DNA of 57,875 nt from Dehalococcoidia bacterium (GTDB lineage: Bacteria > Chloroflexota > Dehalococcoidia > UBA2979). The stretch covers positions 1-57,875 of the forward strand of contig JAQWLS010000113.1 of assembly GCA_029247135.1 (NCBI GenBank). Direction: 5' to 3'. The notes under the pieces were generated by a model. It saw only the letters and a program-made list of their open reading frames with translations, was not told where the DNA came from and ran no database searches. Below are positions 8,446-18,050 of the stretch, in pieces (the stretch's first letter is position 1; each line of letters begins with the position of its first letter). The translations under genes were made by a program, and so were the position numbers.

Positions 8446-10515
8446 TTATCTTCGACCACTAATTTGCTTTGTCTTATGCTCGACATAATCAACCAGCATA
8501 TATTCTCCAAGCTGGTCAGGGGTTGAGAAAAAGACACGGCCACCATTCAATTTGGCAATTTGATTAACAAATTCTTTGAGCGAATAACTTCGATCCAGCA
8601 TGAATGTATTAATAGTGACTTGTTTCTGGGTAAGTCTTTTTACTGCCTTTAAAGTTTCTCTAATAGTTACTGGGCTGGGCGGATATGAAAATTGGGATCG
8701 ACCATTTTCCATATGTGCCGTTGGTTCACCGTCAGAGACCATCAATATTTGCTTAGAACTACCGGAGTGCCTAGCAAGCAAGCCTTCTGCGAGCATGAGC
8801 GCATGGTGCATATTTGTGCCTACAACCGATTCATCCCAACTGACGAAGGGAAGTTCGTTTGGCTTAAGTTCACGTGCATACGCATTAAAGCCGACTACAT
8901 AAAAGGTATCTCTCGGATATTGTGCCTTAATAAGATTTTGAAGCGCAAGAGCTACTTTTTTCGCTGCAACGAATGAACCACGCAACGCCATTGACCAAGA
9001 TAGGTCAACAAGAAGAACGGTTGCGGTCGTAGTCTGTAATTCAGATCGATAGATTTCAAAATCGTCAGGATCTAGCTGAACAGGTGAGCCGCGCCCTTCT
9101 CTTTCTAGCGCATTCATAATTGTTTGTTTCATGTCTAAGTGAAATGGGTCACCAAATTCATATGGCTTACTTTCGTCTAGTCGTTCACCCTGCCTGCCAT
9201 TCTCGGGTACTTGGTGATTTCCTACGGTTCCTATTTTCAGTTGCCTGAAGATTTCACGTAAAGCATTCTCCCCTATCATCCTTGTGCCCCGTGGTGTTAA
9301 CCGCCACTCGTCACCATCTTTTTGTATGTAGCCGGCATCTTCAAGTGCATCAACTAGGTTTTTCAGAGATTCAAATTCCTCTACCGTGTCTTTACCGAGT
9401 ATTCTCTCAAGTTGATCTAGGTCGACCCCGTCCATCTCACCTCGATATTGTGCCCGTTCTAACGACTTTTCAAGAGAATCCATATCATTCATTTGTTTCA
9501 TTAAATCAGCAGCAGCTTCGAGACTTATATCTTCACCACCGCGAAAAGGGTATTGTGTGCCATTTTTACCCGAGTTTAAGAAGGAGAGATTTTCAGCGAG
9601 TTCGTTTAATTCTGCCTGCAGATCGGGATCGCCAAGGCTATTAGAAAGTAAATCTTGCAATTGGTCTCGTTCATCACTTGGTAATGATGACATGAGTGAC
9701 TGCATTGCGTTCATTTGTTCTTGAAGTTGTTCCAGTAATTCATCAAGCGATTGGGGTGGATTCTCACCCATCATGTCCCCATATTTTTCCATAAATGAAT
9801 CGAAATCGGGTTCTTCACCCTTAATCTTTTGATTGATCATGTCATTAAGATCGCTAATCATATCTTTTGTTCGTTGCTTATCTTCCTGAGACATGTTGTT
9901 CAACGACTCTTTCATTTGATCCAACATCTGTGACGACATGGCCTCTTTGAGTCGTTCAAGTAATTCTTGAAATTGATCGTTTGCTTCTGGTGATAAAAAT
10001 TCATAGGACTGAAGCGCCTTGAGTTGTTCTGATTCGTTGTCAGATAGTTCGTCGAGAAAGTCTTGTTTTTTTTGTGCGATTGACTGAAGAAGGTCATTCA
10101 AGCGTTTATTTTCTTGTTGGTCGCCTTCCTCACCTTCTTCAGTAGGTGAGTTTGTCTTATCTGATTCGCTTTCATTGAAAGCCTGTGTTTGTTCCAGCCG
10201 TTCAGTGACCGTAGATTGTTCTTCTTCAATGATTTTCGATAAGGCTTCTTTTAGTTCCTCTAATACACTGCTGAGGTTGTATTTATCAAGCTGGTCACGC
10301 CTTTGCTGGCGGAGATCTTGAAGCATATCCCGCAGACCCTGCATATTATCGCCTTGAGGAGTTTCGACCCCACGCTGCATAAGATTACGCAGTGCGTGCT
10401 GCAGATCACCAAAATTAAGCAAGTCATCAGCTAAGGATGACAGTAAGTCGTCCGCATCGAGCGAATCTTCAGCTTGCGAACCATCCCAATTTGTATATCG
10501 ATATGAAGACGTCAT
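8446..10515 (-). CDS. VWA domain protein with a long acidic coiled-coil region
   Basis: The C-terminal VWA domain carries a MIDAS-like VDLSWSM (DxSxS). Residues about 60-330 are strongly D/E/Q/L-rich. Confidence 0.8.
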   Translation of the reverse strand: MTSSYRYTNWDGSQAEDSLDADDLLSSLADDLLNFGDLQHALRNLMQRGVETPQGDNMQGLRDMLQDLRQQRRDQLDKYNLSSVLEELKEALSKIIEEEQSTVTERLEQTQAFNESESDKTNSPTEEGEEGDQQENKRLNDLLQSIAQKKQDFLDELSDNESEQLKALQSYEFLSPEANDQFQELLERLKEAMSSQMLDQMKESLNNMSQEDKQRTKDMISDLNDMINQKIKGEEPDFDSFMEKYGDMMGENPPQSLDELLEQLQEQMNAMQSLMSSLPSDERDQLQDLLSNSLGDPDLQAELNELAENLSFLNSGKNGTQYPFRGGEDISLEAAADLMKQMNDMDSLEKSLERAQYRGEMDGVDLDQLERILGKDTVEEFESLKNLVDALEDAGYIQKDGDEWRLTPRGTRMIGENALREIFRQLKIGTVGNHQVPENGRQGERLDESKPYEFGDPFHLDMKQTIMNALEREGRGSPVQLDPDDFEIYRSELQTTTATVLLVDLSWSMALRGSFVAAKKVALALQNLIKAQYPRDTFYVVGFNAYARELKPNELPFVSWDESVVGTNMHHALMLAEGLLARHSGSSKQILMVSDGEPTAHMENGRSQFSYPPSPVTIRETLKAVKRLTQKQVTINTFMLDRSYSLKEFVNQIAKLNGGRVFFSTPDQLGEYMLVDYVEHKTKQISGRR

Positions 10516-10593
10516 TAAGCTCTTTCTAATTATTTAACCAGCAGAGACTAGAGTAACAGGGATGACCTTGTTACCGTCACGCAATTTCTTTAA

Positions 10594-12003
10594 CTACATG
10601 CGATACAAGGCTTCTCCTTGAAGCTTGTCTTTGTTTAGGAGCTTATTAAGGTGCATCCCCTCTAACACTAATTCGATACATGACGCTTGCATTTCGATCG
10701 TACTGTCGTCAGTAATGGAGTCAACAATTTCTTTCATACCATCCAGTGAATCGAGAATAGCTCCATATTCCTCAGCTTTTTTTGCCTCACCGACGTCGAC
10801 TGAGTGGTCTTCCGAAAATGCAGCTGATATTCCGTCCAACTGAGAGTCTTTTCCACTGCCTTCCATCAAGCTATTAAAAACTGACGCTACGGCCCCGTTA
10901 ATCAACTTGGCAATAATCTGATCTTCTTTTCCTTCTTCGACTGTTTCAAATTCAATTTTTCCTTGAAGCGACGGAATTAGGTAATGTAGGTCAGAAATTC
11001 TTGGAACAGCAGATGATTCGCCAAGTCTAATGGCTCGTCGGACGGCATTTGCTTGAATAGCTTCATAGCCCGCTACAGACGCACGTACTGAAACTCCTGA
11101 TCTCTGAGATACGTCCGGCGATCGACGAGCAAGTCTGGTAATTTCAGCAATAATTTTTTCCATATAGTGAGGGATAATCAGCTGACACTCGTCCATACTT
11201 ATTGTGTTGGCTTCACTGTGCATTATTTTAATTTCATGCTCGATCGTGGGTGGATAGTGTGTCCTGATTTGGGCCCCATATCGATCCTTCAGAGGAGTAA
11301 TAATTCGACCTCTGTTTGTGTAATCCTCTGGGTTGGCAGTTGCAACCACGATGACATCTAAGGGAAGACGTACTTTATGACCTCTGATTTGAACATCATG
11401 TTCCTCCATCACGTTTAGGAGGCCGACCTGAATTCGCTCAGCTAGGTCAGGAAGCTCGTTGAGCCCGAAGATGCCCCTATTTGTTCTCGGAATCAAGCCA
11501 TAATGAATTGTCATTTCATCTGAAAGATACAGACCCTCCGCGACTTTGATAGGATCTATTTCGCCTATTAGATCAGCGATCGTTATGTCCGGCGTGGCTA
11601 ATTTTTCACCATATCTTTCGTCACGATGCATCCAACGGATCGGAGTCCTGTCACCTAAGTCTCGAACTATAGCCTTGCCTTGAGCGGATATAGGCGCATA
11701 TGGATTTTCCGGTAGTTCAATTCCATCGAGTACCGGAGTCCATTCATCAAATAGTGTGGTCAGTGAACGAATAATGCGTGACTTAGCTTGCCCTCGCTCG
11801 CCAAGCAGAATAATATCCTGGCCGGAGAGAATCGCATTCTGGAGCTGTGGAACGACCGTGTTTTCGTACCCTTCAATTCCCGGGAATATATCTTCGCCAG
11901 ATTTTATTTTGGTGATTAAATTGTTTCGCAATTCCTCGCGAATCGGAAGAATCTTGTACCCTGATTTTTTTAGCTGTCCAAGAGTCTTAACTGTTTTAGC
12001 CAT
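10594..12003 (-). CDS. ChlI/MoxR-like AAA+ ATPase (often annotated 'sigma-54 interaction domain' or 'Mg-chelatase-like')
   Basis: Walker A GERGQAKS, Walker B-like IFGLNELPDL, and VVATANPED. It sits adjacent to the VWA partner, as in BchI/BchD-type pairs. Confidence 0.8.
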   Translation of the reverse strand: MAKTVKTLGQLKKSGYKILPIREELRNNLITKIKSGEDIFPGIEGYENTVVPQLQNAILSGQDIILLGERGQAKSRIIRSLTTLFDEWTPVLDGIELPENPYAPISAQGKAIVRDLGDRTPIRWMHRDERYGEKLATPDITIADLIGEIDPIKVAEGLYLSDEMTIHYGLIPRTNRGIFGLNELPDLAERIQVGLLNVMEEHDVQIRGHKVRLPLDVIVVATANPEDYTNRGRIITPLKDRYGAQIRTHYPPTIEHEIKIMHSEANTISMDECQLIIPHYMEKIIAEITRLARRSPDVSQRSGVSVRASVAGYEAIQANAVRRAIRLGESSAVPRISDLHYLIPSLQGKIEFETVEEGKEDQIIAKLINGAVASVFNSLMEGSGKDSQLDGISAAFSEDHSVDVGEAKKAEEYGAILDSLDGMKEIVDSITDDSTIEMQASCIELVLEGMHLNKLLNKDKLQGEALYRM

Positions 12004-12150
12004 ATTGTCTCCCCCGTATTAACATCACCAGTTTACTTGAGTCAGTAGACTCCGGAGACTCGATTATATGCGGCTCCGGAGGTGAGTGCGCTACCATCCA
12101 TTAGAAATATTTACACATGGTAGCGGAAACAGATAGAAGATTTATTTGTA

Positions 12151-12852
12151 GTGAGGATTGGAGACTTAATAATGGCGGATCAGTCGAAGATAGTAACGGC
12201 AGACGTTGTATATGAAGATGAAGGATTTAGGATAGAACGGCTGCGTGAGATTAGCCCCTTTGGTAACAATTCATATATTATTTCTGATTCGAGAGATATC
12301 GGTTCGGTGATCGTTGTTGATGCGCCTCTGGGATCAGAATCTACTGTGCAGGCGATAGGTGATAGAGAAGTAGAAGCGCTGTTATTCACTCACCATCACG
12401 GCGATCATTGGCAGGGATTTGAGACACTTCGAGCAATCACCTCCGCACCAGCTTACGCGGGTGCCACTGAAATTAACCTTGATCCTGACAAGCAGATACG
12501 GCCCATCGTAGAGGGCCAGATTTTTAAATTAGGGGAGAATAAAATTATCGCAATGCATACTCCTGGACATACCCCAGGATCGACCTGTTTTTTAGTGGGA
12601 GGTGCGGTACTTACTGGTGACGTGTTATTTCCAGGTGGTCCAGGACTCACCGGAAGCAACGAAGATTTACTAACCAGTGTTAAAAGTATTACATCTCGAC
12701 TTCATCCTCTTGCACCACAGACAGTTGTGTTACCAGGGCATGGTGGTACAACCACGATATTTGAATCACGTTGGGAATACGCGATTTTTGCTGAAAAACC
12801 TTGGAACGATTTGCTAAAAGGTGACGTTCTGTGGCAGCCTAACGAGGACTAG
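12151..12852 (+). CDS. MBL-fold metallohydrolase (glyoxalase II-like)
   Basis: THHHGDHW (HxHxDH) and a downstream HTPGHTPGS. The likelier start is ATG 12172, behind GGAG. Confidence 0.8.
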   Translation: MRIGDLIMADQSKIVTADVVYEDEGFRIERLREISPFGNNSYIISDSRDIGSVIVVDAPLGSESTVQAIGDREVEALLFTHHHGDHWQGFETLRAITSAPAYAGATEINLDPDKQIRPIVEGQIFKLGENKIIAMHTPGHTPGSTCFLVGGAVLTGDVLFPGGPGLTGSNEDLLTSVKSITSRLHPLAPQTVVLPGHGGTTTIFESRWEYAIFAEKPWNDLLKGDVLWQPNED

Positions 12853-15539
12853 TCAGTAATAAGCTCGTCTAGCCTAGCCGAGATACTGACCGCTTTTGCC
12901 TTTGCAGCTTCTAATTTATCTAGCTCTTTTTGCACAACTGGTTCGGGTGCTTTTTCACGAAACTCTCGGTTGTCGAGTTTTTGATTTTGCCGTTCAATTT
13001 CTTGTCGAATAATTTGTAAATCTTCGTTTAGACGTTTGCGTTCGACTTCGAGGTCGAACAATCCACCAAGGGGCACTATAACGGTCCCGCCATTCGTGAC
13101 TTGTGATACCACCTGATCAGTGGGAGCTTGATTAACCTCACTAACAATGTGAAGTGGGTCTATCCGGGTCATAGACTTGATAGCATCACTTAAATTTCGG
13201 ACTTCATTCGTATATTCAGATGTGACAATAAAGCATTCAATTTTTCTAGCTGTATCCACTTTATTTTCTGACCGGATATTTCTGATTGACCGGATGAATT
13301 CTTGGATAGCATCGAATTGATCGAGCACATCAGGCTCTTTTTTTATATTGATTTCCTGAGAGTTTGGATAACTTGCCACTATTAATGCCTGTTGTTCGTT
13401 TGAACCAACAATCGACTTTTGTAACCTCTGCCAGATTTCTTCAGATATGAATGGCATGAAAGGATGGACAAGTCTTAGAGTCATTTCATATGTTTCAGTT
13501 AGCACTGTCAGAGGTGTGTAGTCTTCGTTTCGAATTCTGATTTTTGCGATTTCGAGATACCAGTCGGCAAAATCATCCCAGAAGAAGTCTCTTATTTGGC
13601 GGAGTGCTTCAGACAGCTCGTAATTAGTCAGTAATCTGTCAACTTCCTCCGTGAGTTCTGCTAGTCGAGAACTAATCCAGACATCTTCTAAAGCTGGTTC
13701 AGAGTATGCGGTCGTGATTTTGTCTTTATGCTGTTCTCTAAGACTGATAACGAATCGTCCCGCGTTCCAAAGTTTATTGGCGAAATTTCGTCCTGACTCG
13801 AGTCGGTCATCGGTTAATTTCTGGTCGTTGCCCGGGCTAGTACCTGATATAAGGGCATAACGTAAACCATCACAACCATACGTTTCTATTGCTTCAAGTG
13901 GGTCGACAATGTTCCCTGTCGATTTTGACATTTTCTTACCGTCAGCGCCTCGGACTAGGCCGTGGAGGTATACCGTGTCAAAGGGAGGGACACCATCCAT
14001 GTTATAAATTGAGAGCATAATCATCCGAGCGACCCAGAAAAAGATGATGTCATAACCGGTCTCAAGGACTTGAGTCGGATAGAACCGCTTTAGATCCTCG
14101 TGTAGCTCTTTAGGCCAACCGAGGGTTGAGTGTGGCCAAAGCCCGGAGGAAAACCACGTATCAAGTGTGTCTTCGTCCTGATTAATATTTACACCGTCAC
14201 ATGATTCACACGAATCTCGGTCGGTTATTGATACCGTAAGATGCCCGCAGTCAGCGCAGTACCAAACGGGAATCCGGTGTCCCCACCAAATTTGTCTCGA
14301 AATACACCAGTCACGAATATTTTCCATCCATCGGAGATAAGTTTTTTGAAATCGAGATGGCACGAAGTTTATTTGATTGCTTGTCACTGCTTGAATTGCA
14401 GGTTTTGCAAGGTGTTTCGCGTCTACCCACCATTGTTCAGAGACTAGCGGTTCTACGATGGTCGAACACCGCTGACAGTGCCCTACGGCATGTGTGTATG
14501 GATCAGCTCGCTCAATAAGTCCCAAATTTTCCATGTCTTGGACGATTAGTTGTCTTGTGGCGTCAAGGCTAAGTCCAGCATATTCCCCCGCCAGTTCATT
14601 CAGAGTCCCATCAGGATTCAGAATATTAATGATTTCAAGGCCATGCCTTTCACCTATATCAAAGTCAATTTGGTCATGTGCCGGGGTAACTTTTAGTGCA
14701 CCAGAGCCTAGTTCGATATCGATTGCGTCGTCCCCAATTATTGGAATTATTCGATTAGTTGTTGGGACGACACATTTTTTGCCAATTAAATGGGCGTTTC
14801 TTTCGTCATTGGGATTCACTGCCACTGCGACATCAGCCGGTATCGTTTCCGGGCGAGTGGTAGCAACAGTCACTGACTCACCTGACTCATCGTCAAGTAG
14901 ATATTTGATATACCAGAATGAACCGTCTTCATCATCATATTCGACTTCAATATCGGAGATAGCTGACCGACAGCCGATGCACCAATTGATTAGTCGTTCA
15001 GCTCGAAATATTAAGCCATCGTCATATAGGTTCTTGAACGTAGTTCGCACAGATAACTCGCGTTCAGCATCAGCCGTGAATGCTTCGCGTTGCCAGTCGG
15101 CCGACGCACCTAGTCTTTTATGTTGGGTACTGATTCGGCTCCGGTTAGCTTCGACAAATGCCCACGTACGATCTAGAAACGCTTCTCTTCCAACATCATG
15201 ACGCGATTTACCTTCTTCGCGTAATTGCTTTTCTATTAAGGCATTCACTGCGATTGCTGCATGATCAACGCCTGGTAGCCAAAGTGTGTCATGACCGAGC
15301 ATTCGGTGCCATCGCGTGAGCGCATCTTCGATGGACACCGTAAGCGCATGTCCTAGATGCAAGGCCCCAGTGAGATTTGGTGGTGGCATAATTATAGTGA
15401 AAGGTTCATTTTGAGGATTACCAGGGCTGAAAAAATTATTTTTTTCCCACCACTCATAAATCGGTGTTTCAACGATTGAGGGGTTATAGCTTGCGGCCAT
15501 CTCGGGGTCGATAGGAACGAATTTTGACGCGGACTGCAT
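12849..15539 (-). CDS. valS: Valine--tRNA ligase
   Basis: HIGH motif (PPPNLTGALHLGHAL), KMSKS (KKMSKSTGN), a C-terminal coiled coil, and a length of 896 aa. Confidence 0.95.
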   Translation of the reverse strand: MQSASKFVPIDPEMAASYNPSIVETPIYEWWEKNNFFSPGNPQNEPFTIIMPPPNLTGALHLGHALTVSIEDALTRWHRMLGHDTLWLPGVDHAAIAVNALIEKQLREEGKSRHDVGREAFLDRTWAFVEANRSRISTQHKRLGASADWQREAFTADAERELSVRTTFKNLYDDGLIFRAERLINWCIGCRSAISDIEVEYDDEDGSFWYIKYLLDDESGESVTVATTRPETIPADVAVAVNPNDERNAHLIGKKCVVPTTNRIIPIIGDDAIDIELGSGALKVTPAHDQIDFDIGERHGLEIINILNPDGTLNELAGEYAGLSLDATRQLIVQDMENLGLIERADPYTHAVGHCQRCSTIVEPLVSEQWWVDAKHLAKPAIQAVTSNQINFVPSRFQKTYLRWMENIRDWCISRQIWWGHRIPVWYCADCGHLTVSITDRDSCESCDGVNINQDEDTLDTWFSSGLWPHSTLGWPKELHEDLKRFYPTQVLETGYDIIFFWVARMIMLSIYNMDGVPPFDTVYLHGLVRGADGKKMSKSTGNIVDPLEAIETYGCDGLRYALISGTSPGNDQKLTDDRLESGRNFANKLWNAGRFVISLREQHKDKITTAYSEPALEDVWISSRLAELTEEVDRLLTNYELSEALRQIRDFFWDDFADWYLEIAKIRIRNEDYTPLTVLTETYEMTLRLVHPFMPFISEEIWQRLQKSIVGSNEQQALIVASYPNSQEINIKKEPDVLDQFDAIQEFIRSIRNIRSENKVDTARKIECFIVTSEYTNEVRNLSDAIKSMTRIDPLHIVSEVNQAPTDQVVSQVTNGGTVIVPLGGLFDLEVERKRLNEDLQIIRQEIERQNQKLDNREFREKAPEPVVQKELDKLEAAKAKAVSISARLDELITD

Positions 15540-15649
15540 ATAGGTTCGATTTCACCAATGGTTTCAGAAGTTGATGTTTGTTAGATATCTGTAGTCTCCA
15601 CGGCGAGGAACAAAGCGTCAAGTCAGTTTCATTTGCGTAAATTTAAATC

Positions 15650-15676
15650 TGTAACATCTAGCGTTCAGATGTTACA
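15650..15676. promoter_or_regulatory. Perfect 10-bp-stem inverted repeat (TGTAACATCT-N7-AGATGTTACA) in the valS/VOC divergent intergenic region
   Basis: Read directly from the sequence. It lies downstream of the putative valS promoter, so it would fall in the valS 5' UTR. Confidence 0.3.
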
Positions 15677-15692
15677 TTCAGAGAAGTTTTTT

Positions 15693-15720
15693 ATAGTATT
15701 ACTGCCACATTCGTAGTCAA
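15693..15720 (-). promoter_or_regulatory. Putative sigma70-type promoter for valS (TTGACT-N16-TACTAT)
   Basis: Minus-strand hexamers were read directly. There is no experimental support. Confidence 0.3.
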
Positions 15721-15770
15721 CTAATATTGAAGCGTTGGAATAAAGAATTCGGGCTGAAAGGTACGCACAA

Positions 15771-16319
15771 ATGGTTCAGACTTTGGGTATAAATTATCCG
15801 GCTATCATCGTCACGGATATTGAAGAGTCGCTTCAATTCTATGAAAAATTAGGACTTCGACCTTTGTATATAGAGCCAAACCGAGACGATCCAGATTCTG
15901 TAGTAGCTATGTTGTATGCCGGTGGGAACGACACCTTCGTTCAGTTAGTTGGTCCCCGAGAGAGTAATTCGGTGAATATTGCTTCAGCATCGCCTGGGGT
16001 TGGTTCGATGCAGTACCTATCTTTTAATATTTCACTCGACCAAATGAATAATATGTGGGACGAGATGTCACGTGCAGGTGTTCAGGGTTCGGAGCAGATC
16101 GCACGTGGATATGAGAGGATAGTTTTTTTGGAGGATCCGAACGGAGTATTAATAACTTTGACAGCTTGGGGCGTCGAACCACCAAGCAGTGTGCCACGTG
16201 CCCTGATTTTACAAAGAGCTGCTTCGATTCGTGAAACTGAGGGCGCGGCTTATATTGAAGATCAGCATGTCCGTAGCGCTATTGAATCGGTGATGACTGA
16301 TCTTCAAAAAGGGCAATGA
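15771..16319 (+). CDS. VOC (glyoxalase-fold) family protein
   Basis: N-terminal INYPAIIVTDIEESLQFYEKLG and a glyoxalase-like C-terminal half (IVFLEDPNGVLITL). Confidence 0.7.
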   Translation: MVQTLGINYPAIIVTDIEESLQFYEKLGLRPLYIEPNRDDPDSVVAMLYAGGNDTFVQLVGPRESNSVNIASASPGVGSMQYLSFNISLDQMNNMWDEMSRAGVQGSEQIARGYERIVFLEDPNGVLITLTAWGVEPPSSVPRALILQRAASIRETEGAAYIEDQHVRSAIESVMTDLQKGQ

Positions 16320-16504
16320 TGATTGAGTGAGGTAAACTTGGGTACAGTCTTACCACATGCACCGATTTTTATTAAAAAAGTTTCTTCCAGCTAATTTCGT
16401 CGATTCGATGTTTTCTGAGACCGAAGTTTGCTAAACTTCAGTAGTTCAAATTGGAATTGACCTTACGGGTAACGCGATGTTAATTTTCGAATGCCTTAAA
16501 CGAC

Positions 16505-16897
16505 GTGAAGGTAACATTATTGATGGAATCTGAGAGCGCACTATACATTAACTATTTGCCAGTCATGCTGGGCGGGGTAGTAGGATTTATCCTGGTATTC
16601 ACGGCGTTAATAGGTGCTCGTTTGCTTGCGCCATTCTCTAAAGAAAACCAAAAGCTGACTACCTATGAGTGCGGAATGTTACCCATTCGTCGAGCTTCTA
16701 CGAACATAGGCATGCGCTTTTATTTGTACGCTATTTTGTTTATAGTTTTTGATGTCGAGGCGATATTTATATTTCCTTGGGCTATGTCATTTCTGAATGT
16801 TGGTGTATTCGCTTATTGGTTGATGGTGCTGTTCATAGGTGTATTGGCGCTGTCTCTAGGGTATGCCTGGAAGAAAGGAGCTTTACAATGGCGATAA
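16505..16897 (+). CDS. nuoA: NADH-quinone oxidoreductase subunit A
   Basis: Three TM segments, YECG and FDVE motifs, and first position in the nuo operon. The start is uncertain (GTG 16505 or an internal ATG). Confidence 0.85.
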   Translation: MKVTLLMESESALYINYLPVMLGGVVGFILVFTALIGARLLAPFSKENQKLTTYECGMLPIRRASTNIGMRFYLYAILFIVFDVEAIFIFPWAMSFLNVGVFAYWLMVLFIGVLALSLGYAWKKGALQWR

Positions 16898-17511
16898 CTC
16901 CGGCCGATCCTGCGGCGGTTCCAATTGAATCTCCGGTGACAGCACCCGAGATTATCCCGGTACTTCCGGCATTACCTACTGAACATCCGAGCGAGGCTCC
17001 GCTATTGACGCCTACACATTATGTACCTGGAAAGGCTTTATACAAGCAAATCCTTCCTGGAGTAATTCAAGCACCTTTAGATTTACTTTTAGGCGCTTCT
17101 CGTAAGTCATCTCTTTGGCCAATGACTTTTGGTCTAGCTTGTTGTGCAATTGAGATGATTGCGACCTACATGGCTCATTATGATTTAGATAGATTTGGTA
17201 TTGTCCCTTGGCCTTCGCCCAGGCAATCGGATGTGATGATTGTCGCCGGAACTGTTACCAAGAAGATGGCTCCTTCTGTCAAGCTCCTTTACGAACAGAT
17301 GCCGGGCCCTAAGTGGGTTATTTCAATGGGCGCATGCGCTACTAATGGTGGTCCTTACACCCGATATGATCGTGTGTTACAGGGCGTAGACAAGATTGTT
17401 CCGGTTGATGTTTATGTTCCTGGGTGCCCACCGCGGCCAGAAGCACTGATTGACTCATTTATAGCTCTTCAGGAGCTCATAATGGAAGAACGGAAAGTAC
17501 AAGGTAAATGA
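16888..17511 (+). CDS. nuoB: NADH-quinone oxidoreductase subunit B
   Basis: [26 protein letters not shown] and [11 protein letters not shown] 16888 sits behind AAAGGAG and overlaps nuoA by 10 nt. Confidence 0.9.
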   Translation: MAITPADPAAVPIESPVTAPEIIPVLPALPTEHPSEAPLLTPTHYVPGKALYKQILPGVIQAPLDLLLGASRKSSLWPMTFGLACCAIEMIATYMAHYDLDRFGIVPWPSPRQSDVMIVAGTVTKKMAPSVKLLYEQMPGPKWVISMGACATNGGPYTRYDRVLQGVDKIVPVDVYVPGCPPRPEALIDSFIALQELIMEERKVQGK

Positions 17512-18050
17512 CAACCGAGCCCGCTGAGGAGCAATTCACAAAGCAAATTGGTGACCATGCTGAGATTTGGTCGATAGTGGATAATGCCTTGTTAGGAATT
17601 GGCGTTACGCGGGAAACTGGTTTCATGGACGTGATAGTCAGCGTAGAGACTGATGAGATTGTCGAGGCTTCTCGGGCACTACGGGATGATGAAGAGGCAA
17701 ATTTTGATTACCTGAGATCTCTCACCGCTGTCGACAATATGGCCGATGGAATGGAAGTTGTGTATCACCTCTATTCAATTTCGAAGAAACACAATGTTAC
17801 GGTAAAAGTATTTCTTTCAAATGAATCTTTGAGATTGCCTACCGTGACAGGCGTGTGGCCGGCTGCTAATTGGTTGGAGCGAGAAGTTGCTGAAATGTTT
17901 GGTATTAAATTTTCCGGACATCCAGATCCTAGGAACTTGCTAATGCCTGAAGAAATTGATGATACTTTTCCACTGAGAAAAGATCACCCATTGGCTGAAA
18001 TTGAGGTTTTACAGGGCGAAGGCATGGGCTATTCAGGGGAGGAACTCTAA
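17508..18050 (+). CDS. nuoC: NADH-quinone oxidoreductase subunit C
   Basis: [24 protein letters not shown] motif. ATGA overlap with nuoB. Confidence 0.9.
   Translation: MTTEPAEEQFTKQIGDHAEIWSIVDNALLGIGVTRETGFMDVIVSVETDEIVEASRALRDDEEANFDYLRSLTAVDNMADGMEVVYHLYSISKKHNVTVKVFLSNESLRLPTVTGVWPAANWLEREVAEMFGIKFSGHPDPRNLLMPEEIDDTFPLRKDHPLAEIEVLQGEGMGYSGEEL

Noticed and set aside
14494-15201. 235-aa ORF antisense to valS
   Set aside because: It lies wholly inside a confidently identified valS gene on the other strand. Its S/P/R-rich, low-complexity composition is typical of shadow ORFs.
15540-15770. T-box riboswitch upstream of valS
   Set aside because: I read the minus-strand leader and found no T-box core (GGTGGnACCGCG-like) and no obvious specifier-loop architecture. 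A covariance-model scan would be needed to exclude it fully.
16777-16887. Upstream extension of nuoB suggested by the ORF track (start at 16777)
   Set aside because: The extension overlaps nuoA by 121 nt in another frame. ATG 16888, behind AAAGGAG, gives a sensible NuoB N-terminus.
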